Assembly (NCBI RefSeq): GCF_001457615.1
Contig: NZ_LN831024.1
Location: 3,810,001-3,842,000, forward strand
Source: Pseudomonas aeruginosa
GTDB lineage: Bacteria; Pseudomonadota; Gammaproteobacteria; Pseudomonadales; Pseudomonadaceae
DNA: 32,000 nt
Direction of reading: 5' to 3'
Part shown: positions 1-12,421 of the stretch, in pieces
Layout of the letters: every line of letters starts with the position of its first letter
Position numbering within the stretch: the stretch's first letter is position 1
Notes under the pieces: generated by a model
Told to the model about the DNA's origin: nothing
The model's input: the letters and a program-made list of their open reading frames with translations, nothing else
Database searches by the model: none
Translations under genes and position numbers: made by a program

Positions 1-385
1 CAGCATGCTCTGAGGCAGCGGCGGTACGCGCGGAGGGGTGGCTTCGGCCACCCCTTTTTCATTCCGGCGCCCGGGGCCGCGAGCGCTTCGCAGGGCGAAC
101 GACGCCCCGGCGTCATCCGCCGATACCCCGCAGGACCGGCGGATGGCCGCCTCGCGCTTATCCGCCAGGCCCCTCCCCAGCCCATGCGCGCCGCCGGGAA
201 CGACACGAAACCGTAACGCATTGACCTCCATCAGCGAATCCGCCATCTATCCGACCACGTGGTCGGTTCTCATGCTTTGGGTCAATAGCTATCTGTTTTT
301 CCTCGTGAAAGCATTCACAAATCCCTCATGTGAAAGGCGTTTTCGCCGATGCAGAGGTAAATGCTTCACTTGTTTTGGAAGGCCC

Positions 386-1951
386 ATGCGCAACAATCAG
401 CCCATCACCCAGCACGAGCGCGTCTATCCGGCGGAACAACGCCTGATCACCACCACCAATCTCAAAGGCATCATCACCTACTGCAACGAAGCCTTCATCG
501 ACATCAGCGGCTTCAGCCGCGAGGAGCTGATGTCCGCGCCGCACAACCTGATCCGTCACCCCGACGTCCCGCCGGCGGTGTTCGCCCACATGTGGACCAC
601 CCTCAAAGCCGGCCGCCCGTGGATGGGGATCGTCAAGAACCGCTGCAAGAACGGCGACCACTACTGGGTCAGCGCCTATGTCACGCCGATCTACGACCAG
701 GGCGCGGTGGTCGGCTACGAGTCGGTGCGGGTCAAGCCGACCGCCGAACAGATCCAGCGCGCCGAGGCCCTCTACCGTCGCCTCGGCGCCGGCAAGCCGG
801 CGATCCCCCGGCGCGACCGCTGGCTGCCGGTACTGCTCGACTGGCTGCCGTTCATCCTGATCAGCCAGATCGGCTTCCTCATCGGTATCTGGCTGAACTC
901 CTGGTGGGGCTTCATCCTCGCCGGCCTGCTCGCCGTTCCGCTCGGCCTGGCCGGACTGCGCTGGCAGAAGCGCGGGCTGAAGCGCCTGATGCGGCTCGCC
1001 GAACAGACCACCTCCGACCCGCTGATCGCGCAGATGTACACCGACAGCCGCGGCGACCAGGCGCGCCTGGAAATGGCCATCCTCAGCCAGGACGCGCGCC
1101 TGAAGACCTGCCTGACGCGCCTGCAGGACACCGCCGAATACCTCACCGAACAGGCGCGCCAGGCCGACACCCTGGCCCACCACAGCTCCGCCGGTCTGGA
1201 ACAGCAGCGCGCAGAGACCGAACAGGTGGCCACCGCGGTCAACGAGATGGCCGCCACCACCCAGGAAGTGGCGAACAATGTCCAGTTGACCGCCGACGCG
1301 ACACAGAAGGCCAACGAACTGACCTCGCGCGGCCGCGACATCGCCGCGGAGACGCGCAACGCCATCCAGCGCCTGTCGGAGTCGGTGGGCGAGACCGGGG
1401 CCGCGGTGAGTCGCCTGGCCCAGGACAGCAACGAGATCGGCGGCGTGGTCGATGTGATCAAGGGCATCGCCGACCAGACCAACCTGCTCGCCCTCAACGC
1501 CGCCATCGAGGCGGCGCGGGCCGGCGACCAGGGACGCGGCTTCGCCGTGGTGGCCGACGAAGTGCGCTCGCTGGCGCAACGCACCGCGGCCTCCACCGAG
1601 CAGATCCACCACCTGATCGCCAAGTTGCAGAACACCGCCAACGATGCGGTACATACCATGGAGAGCGGCCTGCAGCAGGCCGAAGCCGGGGTCCAGCGGG
1701 TGCTGGAAGCCGACAGCGCGCTGGTCGGCATCAGCGAGGCGGTCAGCAACATCACCGAGATGACCACCCAGATCGCCGCCGCCGCGGAGGAACAGAGCGC
1801 GGTGGCCGAGGAAATCAACCGCAACATCAGCACCATCGCCGCCCTGGCCGAGCAGACCTCCGACGAGGCGCTGCGCACGGCGAAACTGAGCGAGGAACTG
1901 ACCACCACCGCGCAGAGCCAGTATTCCCTGGTCGAGCGCTTCAACCGCTGA
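386..1951 (+). CDS. aer: Aerotaxis receptor Aer (PAS domain plus methyl-accepting chemotaxis signalling domain), 521 aa
   Basis: Internal ATG at 386 gives [15 protein letters not shown]..., an N-terminal PAS domain ([65 protein letters not shown]). It is followed by a TM pair and the MCP hairpin signature ([41 protein letters not shown]). Confidence 0.95.
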   Translation: MRNNQPITQHERVYPAEQRLITTTNLKGIITYCNEAFIDISGFSREELMSAPHNLIRHPDVPPAVFAHMWTTLKAGRPWMGIVKNRCKNGDHYWVSAYVTPIYDQGAVVGYESVRVKPTAEQIQRAEALYRRLGAGKPAIPRRDRWLPVLLDWLPFILISQIGFLIGIWLNSWWGFILAGLLAVPLGLAGLRWQKRGLKRLMRLAEQTTSDPLIAQMYTDSRGDQARLEMAILSQDARLKTCLTRLQDTAEYLTEQARQADTLAHHSSAGLEQQRAETEQVATAVNEMAATTQEVANNVQLTADATQKANELTSRGRDIAAETRNAIQRLSESVGETGAAVSRLAQDSNEIGGVVDVIKGIADQTNLLALNAAIEAARAGDQGRGFAVVADEVRSLAQRTAASTEQIHHLIAKLQNTANDAVHTMESGLQQAEAGVQRVLEADSALVGISEAVSNITEMTTQIAAAAEEQSAVAEEINRNISTIAALAEQTSDEALRTAKLSEELTTTAQSQYSLVERFNR

Positions 1952-1959
1952 GATCAGGC

Positions 1960-1981
1960 CGCGGGGAGGAAGCTCCCCGCG
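1960..1981. terminator. Candidate bidirectional hairpin between convergent aer and the downstream minus-strand gene
   Basis: CGCGGGGAG-GAAG-CTCCCCGCG: perfect 9-bp stem with 4-nt loop, 9 bp past the aer stop. No T-tract on the + strand. Confidence 0.55.
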
Positions 1982-1988
1982 CCTGCCG

Positions 1989-3146
1989 TCACTTGAAGTC
2001 CCATTGCATCTGCGCCGGGATGCTCACCGCGCTTGACGACTGCACGCAGACGTCGAGGTAGTCGGTGAAGCGCGGCGGCGCGGAGATCCCCTCCTCAAGC
2101 AGACGGCTGTTGTCGAACAGGTAGTTGAGGTCGGCAAAGCCGCTGTACAAGCGCAACGCGCGCAGGACCAGACGCGGATTGGCCGGGCCGATGCGCGACT
2201 CGAAGCTCTTCGCCAGTTCCTTGAGGTCGTCCACCTCCACCTTGCGGTAGCGCTCGCCTACCGGCGCCGCCCCGTTGGCGCGGGCGAAGGCCTCGTCGAT
2301 CTCGCCGAAGGTGCAGGCCGCGCGATGGCCGGCGGAGATATGATAGAGGCTGTGCCCCAGGCACGGCTTCAGCGCCAGGCCGATCAGCGCCTCGGCGCAG
2401 TAGTCGACCGGAATCACGTCGATCTGCTCGTCCAGGCCGCAGGTGAAGCTTTCCAGGGCGAAGCCCATGCGGAAAACCCAGAAGATGCTGCCGGAGGCCT
2501 GGCAGCCAAGGGTACGGTGGCCCACCACGATGGATGGCCGCGCCACCACCAGGGGCAGGTCCGGCAGTTCCTGGCGCATGCGCCGCTCGATTTCCGCCTT
2601 GGACGCGGTGTAGTCCACCAGTTGCTGCTCCGCCGCCGGGAATTCCCAGGACTCGCTGATCGGCGACTCTCGCTGCGGTCCGCAGCACATCGCGGTACCG
2701 ACGTGGAGGAAACGCTTCAGTCGCTTCGAACGGCTCAGCACGTCGGCGAAGGCGAAAGTGCCGTCGACGTTGACCGGCCAGATGGTCGGGTTCTTCGAGA
2801 ACGACGCCACGGCGGCGCAATTGATCACCCGCTCCACCTGCATCAGACGCGGCGTCTCGCGGGCCAGCCAGGAGGTGTCGAGGAAATCGCCGCAGAGGAT
2901 CTGCTCCGCCCGCAGTGCCAGGCAGTCGGTTTCGTCGACGCCATGCATCAGCAGGTTGCCGCGCAGGCGCTCGAGCCCCTCCTGGCGGGATTCGGCGCGG
3001 ACCAGGAAGGACAGGTTGGCGCCGTGCCCGGCGGCGATCAGCTGGGCGGCGACCGAACCGCCGAGAAAGCCGGTGGCCCCCGTCAGCAGGATGCGTTCGC
3101 GGGTATCGATAGCGGTGATCTGCTCACCGTCGGCATGCATGTTCAT
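1989..3146 (-). CDS. NAD(P)-binding SDR / male-sterility or thioester-reductase-like protein, 385 aa
   Basis: [19 protein letters not shown] is a Rossmann GxxGxxG motif. [22 protein letters not shown] and [10 protein letters not shown] are typical of extended SDR/thioester reductase-like proteins. Confidence 0.75.
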   Translation of the reverse strand: MNMHADGEQITAIDTRERILLTGATGFLGGSVAAQLIAAGHGANLSFLVRAESRQEGLERLRGNLLMHGVDETDCLALRAEQILCGDFLDTSWLARETPRLMQVERVINCAAVASFSKNPTIWPVNVDGTFAFADVLSRSKRLKRFLHVGTAMCCGPQRESPISESWEFPAAEQQLVDYTASKAEIERRMRQELPDLPLVVARPSIVVGHRTLGCQASGSIFWVFRMGFALESFTCGLDEQIDVIPVDYCAEALIGLALKPCLGHSLYHISAGHRAACTFGEIDEAFARANGAAPVGERYRKVEVDDLKELAKSFESRIGPANPRLVLRALRLYSGFADLNYLFDNSRLLEEGISAPPRFTDYLDVCVQSSSAVSIPAQMQWDFK

Positions 3147-3234
3147 GTCTTCCCCCCTCAGAGAAGTCAGTCGCCCACGCCTCGATGCGAGGGTGGTTGC
3201 GCCGCAGCTTATGAGGGGATGCCTTAAGGAACCG

Positions 3235-3906
3235 TTAATGGCCCTGGAGCCCGCGAAGGAAGCCGGCCACCTCCCGCGCCGTTGCCGCCAGGTGCTGCTC
3301 GTGGGTCAGGCCGGAGGCCTTCAGCGGCTTGAGGTCGTGGTCCGCCGCGGCCAGCCAGTGCAGGCGGATCGTCGGCGCCAGCGCATATCCCGCCACCGCC
3401 TCGCGGTTGCCCAGGGCGTCGCGCTCGCCCTGGACGATCAGGGTCGGCGTGCGCAGCCCGGCGAGGTGGGCGACCCGCGGCTTCTCCGGCTTGCCGGCGG
3501 CGTAGAACGGGTAGCCGAGGCAGACCAGGGCATCCGCGCCCAGCTCGTCGGCCAGTAGGCTGGCCATGCGCCCGCCCATCGACTTGCCGCCCAGGGCCAA
3601 GGGCCCGTCCAGGGTCTCGCGGACCTGCGCATGGACTCGCCGCCAGCAGTCGAGCAACTGCGCTTGCGGATTCGGCGGACGCTTGCGGCCGTCCTCGCGA
3701 CGCTGGGCCATGTAGGGAAACTCGAAGCGCGCGACGGCGATGCCCTGGGCGGCGAGCAGTTCGGCGATGCGCTCCATGAACGGGCTGTCCATCGGCGCCC
3801 CGGCGCCATGGGCGAGAATCAGGGTGGCCGACAGCGAGCCGGCCGGGCGGTTCCATTTCAGCGACAACTTGCCACACCTCGTATGCAGTGGGGGTCGGGA
3901 AGCCAA
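3235..3906 (-). CDS. Alpha/beta hydrolase, KANL3/Tex30-like, 223 aa
   Basis: ILAHGAGAPMDSPFM, the nucleophile elbow GGKSMGGRMAS, and TPTLIVQGERDALG with a later AAADHDLK. Confidence 0.75.
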   Translation of the reverse strand: MASRPPLHTRCGKLSLKWNRPAGSLSATLILAHGAGAPMDSPFMERIAELLAAQGIAVARFEFPYMAQRREDGRKRPPNPQAQLLDCWRRVHAQVRETLDGPLALGGKSMGGRMASLLADELGADALVCLGYPFYAAGKPEKPRVAHLAGLRTPTLIVQGERDALGNREAVAGYALAPTIRLHWLAAADHDLKPLKASGLTHEQHLAATAREVAGFLRGLQGH

Positions 3907-3920
3907 TTGATCCCGATCAA
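3907..3920. promoter_or_regulatory. FNR/ANR box (anaerobox) upstream of the first ccoN operon
   Basis: Perfect TTGAT-CCCG-ATCAA palindrome 134 bp upstream of the ccoN start. Confidence 0.9.
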
Positions 3921-4054
3921 TATTTCATAACGCCCCATTATCCATGCTTCCTCTCGCTAATTACGCCAATTAGACCAGCCCCAATGGGGGGACGCCCGGC
4001 ATCCCAACTGCCGGAAAAAGCCATAGCGTATAACCGTGGATGGAAGCCCATAGC

Positions 4055-5482
<1,428 letters not shown>

Positions 5483-5492
5483 GGAGCCGAGC

Positions 5493-6101
5493 ATGAAACA
5501 CGAAATACTCGAGAAGAACGTCGGCCTGCTGGCGCTATGCATGGCCGTGGCCGTGAGCATCGGCGGCCTGACCCAGATCGTGCCGCTGTTCTTCCAGGAC
5601 GTGACCAACACCCCGGTCGAAGGCATGAAGCCCTATACCGCGCTGCAACTGGAAGGCCGCGACATCTATATCCGCGAAGGCTGCGTCGGCTGCCACTCGC
5701 AGATGATCCGTCCGTTCCGCGCCGAAACCGAACGCTACGGCCACTACTCGGTGGCCGGCGAGAGCGTCTGGGACCACCCCTTCCTGTGGGGTTCCAAGCG
5801 TACCGGCCCGGACCTGGCCCGCGTCGGTAGCCGCTACTCCGACGACTGGCACCGCGCACACCTGTTCAACCCGCGCAACGTGGTGCCCGAGTCGAAGATG
5901 CCGGCCTACCCGTGGCTGGTGGAGAACAAGCTCGACGGCAAGGACATCGAGAAGAAGCTCGAAGTGATGCGCACCCTCGGCGTGCCCTATACCGACGAAG
6001 ACATCAAGGGCGCCAAGGACTCGCTGAAAGGCAAGACCGAGATGGACGCCGTGGTCGCCTACCTGCAGGTGCTCGGCACCTCGATCAAGAACAAACGGTG
6101 A
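5493..6101 (+). CDS. ccoO2: cbb3-type cytochrome c oxidase subunit II (CcoO), 202 aa
   Basis: Heme-c motif [14 protein letters not shown]; N-terminal TM; GGAG RBS; immediately downstream of ccoN. Confidence 0.93.
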   Translation: MKHEILEKNVGLLALCMAVAVSIGGLTQIVPLFFQDVTNTPVEGMKPYTALQLEGRDIYIREGCVGCHSQMIRPFRAETERYGHYSVAGESVWDHPFLWGSKRTGPDLARVGSRYSDDWHRAHLFNPRNVVPESKMPAYPWLVENKLDGKDIEKKLEVMRTLGVPYTDEDIKGAKDSLKGKTEMDAVVAYLQVLGTSIKNKR

Positions 6102-6106
6102 CGGCA

Positions 6107-6292
6107 ATGGATATCGGGACGCTGCGAGGACTCGGCACGCTGCTGATCATGGTCGCCTTCATCGGTCTGGTGATCTGGGCCTACAGCGGCAAACGCAAGA
6201 AGAGCTTCGACGAAGCGACGATGCTGCCCTTCGCAGACGATCCCGAAGCCAAAAAGCACGTCGAGCAAGCTTCTAGGAGTAACAAAGAATGA
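6107..6292 (+). CDS. ccoQ2: cbb3-type oxidase small subunit CcoQ, 61 aa
   Basis: [48 protein letters not shown]...; single TM and operon position O-Q-P; stop overlaps the ccoP ATG. Confidence 0.9.
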   Translation: MDIGTLRGLGTLLIMVAFIGLVIWAYSGKRKKSFDEATMLPFADDPEAKKHVEQASRSNKE

Positions 6293-7215
6293 CCACCTTC
6301 TGGAGTCTGTACATCACAGCTCTTACCGTCGGTACCTTGATCGCCCTGCTCTGGCTGGTCTTCGCCACCCGCAAGGGCGAGGCCAAGGGTACTACCGAAA
6401 AGACCATGGGCCACTCCTACGACGGCATCGAGGAGTACGACAACCCGCTGCCGAAGTGGTGGTTCATGCTGTACATCGGCACCATCGTCTTCTCCGTCGG
6501 CTACCTGGTCCTGTACCCGGGCCTGGGTAACTGGAAAGGCGTGCTGCCGGGCTACGAGGGCGGCTGGACCCAGGACAAGCAGTGGGAACGCGAGATGAAC
6601 ATCGCCCAGGAGAAGTACGGGCCGATCTTCGCCAAGTACGCCGCCATGCCCATCGAGGAAGTGGCCAAGGACGAGCACGCCATGAAGATGGGCAGCCGCA
6701 TGTTCGCCACCTACTGCTCGATCTGCCACGGTTCCGACGCCAAGGGCGCCCTCGGCTTCCCCAACCTGGCCGACAACGAGTGGCGCTGGGGCGGTGACCC
6801 GCAGAGCATCGAGACCACCATCCTCGGCGGTCGCCACGCGATCATGGCGGCCTGGGGCGACATCCTCGGCGAAGACGGGGTGAAGAACGTCGCCGCCTAC
6901 GTCCGCACCGAACTCGCCGGGCTGAAGCTGCCGGAAGGCACCAAGGCCGACGTCGAGGCCGGCAAGCAGATCTTCTCGGTCAACTGCGTCGCCTGCCACG
7001 GCCCGGAAGGCAAGGGTACCGCCCTGGTCGGCGCGCCGAACCTGACCAACCCCGGCGCGTTCATCTACGGCTCCAGCTACGCCCAGCTCCAACAAACCAT
7101 CCGCCATGGCCGCCAGGGCCAGATGCCGGCCCAGGAGCCCTACCTGGGCAAGGAAAAGGTGCACATCCTGGCCGCCTACATCTACAACCTGTCGCACAAC
7201 CAGGGCAGCAACTGA
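6289..7215 (+). CDS. ccoP2: cbb3-type cytochrome c oxidase subunit III (CcoP, diheme), 308 aa
   Basis: Two heme-c sites (CSICHG, CVACHG), TM segments, [17 protein letters not shown] signature. Confidence 0.93.
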   Translation: MTTFWSLYITALTVGTLIALLWLVFATRKGEAKGTTEKTMGHSYDGIEEYDNPLPKWWFMLYIGTIVFSVGYLVLYPGLGNWKGVLPGYEGGWTQDKQWEREMNIAQEKYGPIFAKYAAMPIEEVAKDEHAMKMGSRMFATYCSICHGSDAKGALGFPNLADNEWRWGGDPQSIETTILGGRHAIMAAWGDILGEDGVKNVAAYVRTELAGLKLPEGTKADVEAGKQIFSVNCVACHGPEGKGTALVGAPNLTNPGAFIYGSSYAQLQQTIRHGRQGQMPAQEPYLGKEKVHILAAYIYNLSHNQGSN

Positions 7216-7226
7216 CCCCTCCCCCC

Positions 7227-7250
7227 ACCCGCGCCCTCCCGGGCGCGGGT
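7227..7250 (+). terminator. Candidate hairpin after the first ccoNOQP operon
   Basis: ACCCGCGCCC-TCCC-GGGCGCGGGT: perfect 10-bp stem 12 bp after the ccoP stop; weak T content downstream. Confidence 0.5.
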
Positions 7251-7579
7251 CCTTCCCCCGGTCTCAGACCTTAGTCCCAGGCGGCGCGACGAAGTGTCGC
7301 ACCAGCGGACGCCTTTCCTACCCTTCCTTTTCAATCGCGTCTAAGCTGCTCTGCATTCGTCCCTCTCCGGCAGAGCGACGGGACACCTAACTTCACCGGC
7401 CGAACCCACTCGTCCGGATAGCGCCAGAAAGCCATACGGCCGCCTTGGAAAGCGCTCTGAAGCAGGCATCAAACTGGCGTCGCCCCTGGCCTGGCGCGTT
7501 GCAATGCCCACCCGCTTTCTCCATACTTGCCGCCGATTTTTTGTCCCTAAAAAAGTCCATTAACCGTGGAACCCCTAGC

Positions 7580-9007
7580 ATGAGCACAGCAATCAGTCAG
7601 ACTGCTTATAACTATAAGGTGGTCCGCCAGTTCGCCGTTATGACGGTGGTCTGGGGGGTCATTGGAATGGGTCTCGGTGTCCTGATCGCCGCCCAACTGG
7701 TATGGCCCGAATTGAACTTCGACCTGCCGTGGACGAGCTTCGGCCGCCTTCGCCCCCTGCACACCAACGCGGTGATCTTCGCCTTCGGTGGGTGCGCCCT
7801 CTTCGCCACCTCGTACTACGTGGTGCAACGTACCTCGCAAGCCCGACTGATTTCAGACACGCTGGCGGCCTTCACCTTCTGGGGTTGGCAGGCCGTGATC
7901 GTGGGCGCCGTGCTGACCCTGCCGCAGGGTTTCACCACCTCCAAGGAATACGCCGAACTGGAATGGCCGCTGGCCATCCTCCTGGCGATCGTCTGGATCA
8001 CCTACGCGATCGTGTTCTTCGGCACCATCGTCAAGCGCAAGGTCAAGCACATCTATGTGGGCAACTGGTTCTACGGTGCCTTCATCCTGGTGACGGCGAT
8101 GCTGCATATCGTCAACCACATGTCGCTGCCGGTGAGCTGGTTCAAGTCCTACTCCGCCTACTCCGGCGCCACCGATGCGATGGTCCAGTGGTGGTACGGG
8201 CACAACGCCGTGGGCTTCTTCCTGACCACCGGCTTCCTCGGCATGATGTACTACTTCGTGCCCAAGCAGGCCGAGCGTCCGGTCTATTCCTATCGCCTGT
8301 CCATCGTCCACTTCTGGGCGCTGATCTCCCTGTACATCTGGGCCGGCCCGCACCACCTGCACTACACCGCGCTGCCGGACTGGGCGCAGTCGCTGGGCAT
8401 GGTGATGTCGCTGATCCTCCTGGCACCGAGCTGGGGCGGCATGATCAACGGCATGATGACCCTCTCCGGCGCCTGGCATAAGCTGCGCACCGACCCGATC
8501 CTGCGCTTCCTGGTGGTATCCCTGGCCTTCTACGGCATGTCCACCTTCGAAGGCCCGATGATGGCGATCAAGACCGTCAACGCCCTCTCCCACTACACCG
8601 ACTGGACCATCGGCCACGTGCACGCCGGCGCCCTCGGCTGGGTGGCGATGATCTCCATCGGCTCGCTCTACCACCTGATCCCGAAAGTCTTCGGTCGCCC
8701 GCAGATGCACAGCATCGGCCTGATCAACGCGCACTTCTGGCTGGCCACCATCGGCACCGTGCTGTACATCGCCTCGATGTGGGTCAACGGCATCACCCAG
8801 GGCCTGATGTGGCGCGCGGTCAACGAGGACGGCACCCTGACCTACTCCTTCGTTGAAGCACTGGTCGCAAGCCACCCGGGCTTCATCGTGCGCATGATCG
8901 GCGGTGGTTTCTTCCTCACCGGCATGCTGCTGATGGCCTACAACACCTGGCGCACCGTGCGTGCTGCCAAGCCGGCCGAATACGAAGCCGCCGCGCAGAT
9001 CGCCTGA
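7580..9007 (+). CDS. ccoN1: cbb3-type cytochrome c oxidase subunit I (CcoN), second tandem copy, 475 aa
   Basis: [26 protein letters not shown]..., same family and near-identical to the first copy. The longer ORF start at 7445 is not needed. Confidence 0.93.
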   Translation: MSTAISQTAYNYKVVRQFAVMTVVWGVIGMGLGVLIAAQLVWPELNFDLPWTSFGRLRPLHTNAVIFAFGGCALFATSYYVVQRTSQARLISDTLAAFTFWGWQAVIVGAVLTLPQGFTTSKEYAELEWPLAILLAIVWITYAIVFFGTIVKRKVKHIYVGNWFYGAFILVTAMLHIVNHMSLPVSWFKSYSAYSGATDAMVQWWYGHNAVGFFLTTGFLGMMYYFVPKQAERPVYSYRLSIVHFWALISLYIWAGPHHLHYTALPDWAQSLGMVMSLILLAPSWGGMINGMMTLSGAWHKLRTDPILRFLVVSLAFYGMSTFEGPMMAIKTVNALSHYTDWTIGHVHAGALGWVAMISIGSLYHLIPKVFGRPQMHSIGLINAHFWLATIGTVLYIASMWVNGITQGLMWRAVNEDGTLTYSFVEALVASHPGFIVRMIGGGFFLTGMLLMAYNTWRTVRAAKPAEYEAAAQIA

Positions 9008-9021
9008 GGAGCCCGACGTAA

Positions 9022-9633
9022 ATGAAGAACCACGAAATACTCGAGAAGAACGTCGGCCTGCTGGCCATCTTCATGGTGATCGCCGTCAGCATCGGCGGCC
9101 TGACCCAGATCGTTCCGCTGTTCTTCCAGGACGTGACCAATACCCCGGTCGAAGGCATGAAGCCGCGTACCGCCCTGGAACTGGAAGGTCGCGACATCTA
9201 CATCCGCGAAGGCTGCGTCGGCTGCCACTCGCAGATGGTCCGTCCGTTCCGTGCCGAGACCGAACGCTACGGCCATTACTCGGTCGCCGGTGAAAGCGTC
9301 TGGGACCACCCGTTCCTGTGGGGTTCCAAGCGTACCGGCCCGGACCTGGCCCGCGTCGGCGGCCGTTACTCCGACGACTGGCACCGCGCGCACCTGTACA
9401 ACCCGCGCAACGTGGTGCCCGAGTCGAAGATGCCTGCCTACCCGTGGCTGGTAGAGAACAAGCTTGATGGCAAGGACACCGCCACCAAGATGGAAGTCCT
9501 GCGCAAGCTGGGCGTGCCTTACACCGACGAGGACATCGCCGGTGCACGTGAAGCCGTGAAGGGCAAGACCGAGATGGACGCCCTGGTGGCGTTCCTTCAA
9601 GGCCTGGGAACCTCTATCAAGAGCAAACGGTGA
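9022..9633 (+). CDS. ccoO1: cbb3-type cytochrome c oxidase subunit II (CcoO), 203 aa
   Basis: [12 protein letters not shown] heme-c motif and operon order. Confidence 0.93.
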   Translation: MKNHEILEKNVGLLAIFMVIAVSIGGLTQIVPLFFQDVTNTPVEGMKPRTALELEGRDIYIREGCVGCHSQMVRPFRAETERYGHYSVAGESVWDHPFLWGSKRTGPDLARVGGRYSDDWHRAHLYNPRNVVPESKMPAYPWLVENKLDGKDTATKMEVLRKLGVPYTDEDIAGAREAVKGKTEMDALVAFLQGLGTSIKSKR

Positions 9634-9638
9634 GTGTG

Positions 9639-9824
9639 ATGGATATCGGGACTCTGCGTGGACTGGGCACCGTGGTGATCATGGTCGCCTTCATCGGCCT
9701 GGTGATCTGGGCCTACAGCGGCAAGCGCAAGAAGAGCTTCGACGAAGCGACGATGCTGCCCTTCGCAGACGATCCCGAAGCCAAAAAGCACGTCGAGCAA
9801 GCTTCTAGGAGTAACAAAGAATGA
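9639..9824 (+). CDS. ccoQ1: cbb3-type oxidase small subunit CcoQ, 61 aa
   Basis: [20 protein letters not shown]...; differs from the first copy only at LL to VV. Confidence 0.88.
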   Translation: MDIGTLRGLGTVVIMVAFIGLVIWAYSGKRKKSFDEATMLPFADDPEAKKHVEQASRSNKE

Positions 9825-10777
9825 CGACCTTCTGGAGTCTGTACATTACAGCTCTCACCCTCGGCACCCTGCTGGCGCTGACCTGGCTGATCTTCGCCAC
9901 CCGCAAGGGCCAGCGCAGCAGCACCACCGACGAGACCGTGGGCCACTCCTACGACGGCATCGAGGAGTACGACAACCCGCTGCCGAAGTGGTGGTTCATG
10001 CTGTTCGTCGGCACCCTGGTGTTCGCCGTGGGGTACCTGGCCCTGTACCCGGGCCTGGGCACCTGGAAAGGCCTGATGCCGGGCTACCAGTCCGCCGACG
10101 AATTCGCCGACAAGGAAAAAGGCTGGACCGGCGTCCACCAGTGGGAAAAGGAAATGGCCAAGGCCGACGAGAAATACGGCCCGATCTTCGCCAAGTTCGC
10201 CGCGATGCCCATCGAGGAAGTCGCCAAGGATCCGCAGGCGGTGAAAATGGGCGGTCGCCTGTTCGCCTCCAACTGCTCGATCTGCCACGGCTCCGACGCC
10301 AAGGGCGCCTACGGCTTCCCCAACCTGACCGACGCCGACTGGCGCTGGGGCGGCGAGCCGGAAACCATCAAGACCACCATCATGGCTGGCCGCCACGCCG
10401 CCATGCCGGCCTGGGGTGAAGTGATCGGCGAGGAAGGCGTGAAGAACGTCGCCGCTTTCGTCCTCACCCAGATGGATGGCCGCAAGCTGCCGGAAGGCGC
10501 CAAGGCAGACATCGAGGCCGGCAAGCAGGTCTTCGCTAGCACCTGCGTCGCCTGCCACGGTCCGGAAGGCAAGGGCACCCCGGCGATGGGCGCTCCCGAT
10601 CTGACCCACCCCGGCGCGTTCATCTACGGCTCTAGCTTCGCGCAACTGCAGCAGACTATCCGCTACGGTCGCCAGGGTGTGATGCCGGCGCAACAGGAAC
10701 ACCTGGGCAACGACAAGGTGCACCTGCTGGCCGCCTACGTATACAGCCTGTCGCACGGCGAGAAGAGCGCCGAATAA
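9821..10777 (+). CDS. ccoP1: cbb3-type cytochrome c oxidase subunit III (CcoP, diheme), 318 aa
   Basis: Two heme-c motifs (CSICHG, CVACHG), with the same N-terminal [20 protein letters not shown]. Confidence 0.93.
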   Translation: MTTFWSLYITALTLGTLLALTWLIFATRKGQRSSTTDETVGHSYDGIEEYDNPLPKWWFMLFVGTLVFAVGYLALYPGLGTWKGLMPGYQSADEFADKEKGWTGVHQWEKEMAKADEKYGPIFAKFAAMPIEEVAKDPQAVKMGGRLFASNCSICHGSDAKGAYGFPNLTDADWRWGGEPETIKTTIMAGRHAAMPAWGEVIGEEGVKNVAAFVLTQMDGRKLPEGAKADIEAGKQVFASTCVACHGPEGKGTPAMGAPDLTHPGAFIYGSSFAQLQQTIRYGRQGVMPAQQEHLGNDKVHLLAAYVYSLSHGEKSAE

Positions 10778-10800
10778 GCGCTCCCTCCCCCACGACCCAG

Positions 10801-10832
10801 ACGGCGCCGGCAACCCCGGCGCCGTTTTATTT
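10801..10832 (+). terminator. Rho-independent terminator of the second ccoNOQP operon
   Basis: ACGGCGCCGG-CAACC-CCGGCGCCGT followed by TTTATTTT. Confidence 0.9.
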
Positions 10833-10994
10833 TGTGCAAAAGAAAAGCGCGAATGGGACAATACGCGACCAAAAGTCGCACAGTTACCGCAAAAAGCCTG
10901 ATAGATCAGGCGTATAATCAGTAGGCGTGCAACTATTTTCTGACCCTGTCGGCATGTACCGGCCGGGCGCCCCCCACTGCCGTGGTACGCACTG

Positions 10995-12410
10995 ATGAGC
11001 AAACAGATTCCCGTTCAAGACGTCACCCCGCCTGCCAAGGGCGACACCAATAACAACGATCTCTACGCCAAGCGCGAGAAGATCTACACCCGGGCCTTCA
11101 CCGGTATCTTCCGCCGACTGCGCATGGTGGGCGGTGCGGCGCTCTTCCTCCTCTACTTCGGTACCGTCTGGCTCAACTGGAGCGGCCGCCAGGCCGTCTG
11201 GTGGGACCTACCCGAGCGCAAGTTCTACATCTTCGGCGCCACCTTCTGGCCGCAGGACTTCATGCTGCTTTCCTGGCTGCTGATCGTCTGCGCCTTCGGC
11301 CTGTTCTTCATCACCGTGTTCGCCGGTCGCGTCTGGTGTGGCTATACCTGCCCGCAGAGCGTGTGGACCTGGATCTACATGTGGTGCGAGAAGGTCACCG
11401 AAGGCGACCGCAACCAGCGCATCAAGCTGGACAAGGCTCCGATGAGCGGCAACAAGCTGCTGCGCAAGACCGCCAAGCACAGCCTGTGGCTGCTGATCGG
11501 CCTGGTCACCGGCCTGACCTTCGTCGGCTACTTCTCGCCGATCCGCGAGCTGATTCCCGAGCTGCTCACCGGCCAGGCCGACGGCTGGGCCTACTTCTGG
11601 GTCGGCTTCTTCACCCTGGCCACCTACGGCAACGCCGGCTGGCTGCGCGAGCAGGTGTGCATCTACATGTGCCCCTACGCGCGCTTCCAGAGCGTGATGT
11701 TCGACAAGGACACCCTGATCGTCTCCTACGATCCGCGTCGTGGCGAGAAGCGCGGCCCGCGCAAGAAGTCCCTCGACTACAAGGCCCAGGGCCTGGGCGA
11801 CTGCATCGACTGCACGATGTGCGTGCAGGTCTGCCCGACCGGCATCGACATCCGCGACGGCCTGCAGATCGAGTGCATCGGCTGCGCGGCGTGCATCGAC
11901 GCCTGCGACAGCATCATGGAGAAGATGAACTACCCGAAAGGGCTGATCAGCTACACCACCGAGCACAACCTCAACGGCCAGAAGACCCACCTGGCCCGGC
12001 CGCGCCTGATCGGCTACGCCATCGCCCTGGTGCTGATGATCTCCGCCCTGATCACCGCGGTGGTCCTGCGTCCGCTGGTCGGCTTCGACGTCAGCAAGGA
12101 CCGCGTGCTCTACCGCGAGAACGAACTCGGCCGCATCGAGAACGTGTACAGCCTGAAGATCATGAACAAGGATCAGCAGGACCACACCTACATCCTCGGC
12201 GCCAAGGGTCTCGAAGGCCTGACCCTGGAAGGCCGGCGCGAGCTGAAGGTGGCGGCGGGCGACATCCTCAACCTGCCGATGGAACTGTCCATCGAGCCGG
12301 AGAAGCTGCCTTCGACCACCAACGAGATCGTCTTCACCATCGAGTCGGCCGACGACCCGAGCATCCATAAAGAAGCGAAGAGTCGCTTCATTGGCCCACG
12401 CACCCGTTGA
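10995..12410 (+). CDS. ccoG: Cytochrome c oxidase accessory protein CcoG / RdxA / FixG, polyferredoxin, 471 aa
   Basis: CGYTCPQSVW, GDCIDCTMCVQVCPTGIDIRDGLQIECIGCAACIDACD ferredoxin clusters; TM segments; located next to the cco operon. Confidence 0.92.
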   Translation: MSKQIPVQDVTPPAKGDTNNNDLYAKREKIYTRAFTGIFRRLRMVGGAALFLLYFGTVWLNWSGRQAVWWDLPERKFYIFGATFWPQDFMLLSWLLIVCAFGLFFITVFAGRVWCGYTCPQSVWTWIYMWCEKVTEGDRNQRIKLDKAPMSGNKLLRKTAKHSLWLLIGLVTGLTFVGYFSPIRELIPELLTGQADGWAYFWVGFFTLATYGNAGWLREQVCIYMCPYARFQSVMFDKDTLIVSYDPRRGEKRGPRKKSLDYKAQGLGDCIDCTMCVQVCPTGIDIRDGLQIECIGCAACIDACDSIMEKMNYPKGLISYTTEHNLNGQKTHLARPRLIGYAIALVLMISALITAVVLRPLVGFDVSKDRVLYRENELGRIENVYSLKIMNKDQQDHTYILGAKGLEGLTLEGRRELKVAAGDILNLPMELSIEPEKLPSTTNEIVFTIESADDPSIHKEAKSRFIGPRTR

Positions 12411-12421
12411 GTAACTTGAGC

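Noticed and set aside
271-285. Possible FNR box upstream of aer (ATGCT-TTGG-GTCAA)
   Set aside because: Only one half-site (GTCAA) fits; the other arm is poor. aer is reported to be ANR-linked, but this sequence alone does not support a box.
1-385. Coding sequence upstream of aer in the ORF that opens at 38
   Set aside because: It lacks a recognisable domain. The Aer N-terminus aligns with the family from 386, and the upstream translation is composition-driven.
7445-7579. N-terminal extension of the second ccoN ORF
   Set aside because: The ATG at 7580 matches the paralogue start and length (475 aa). The extension has no counterpart in the first copy.
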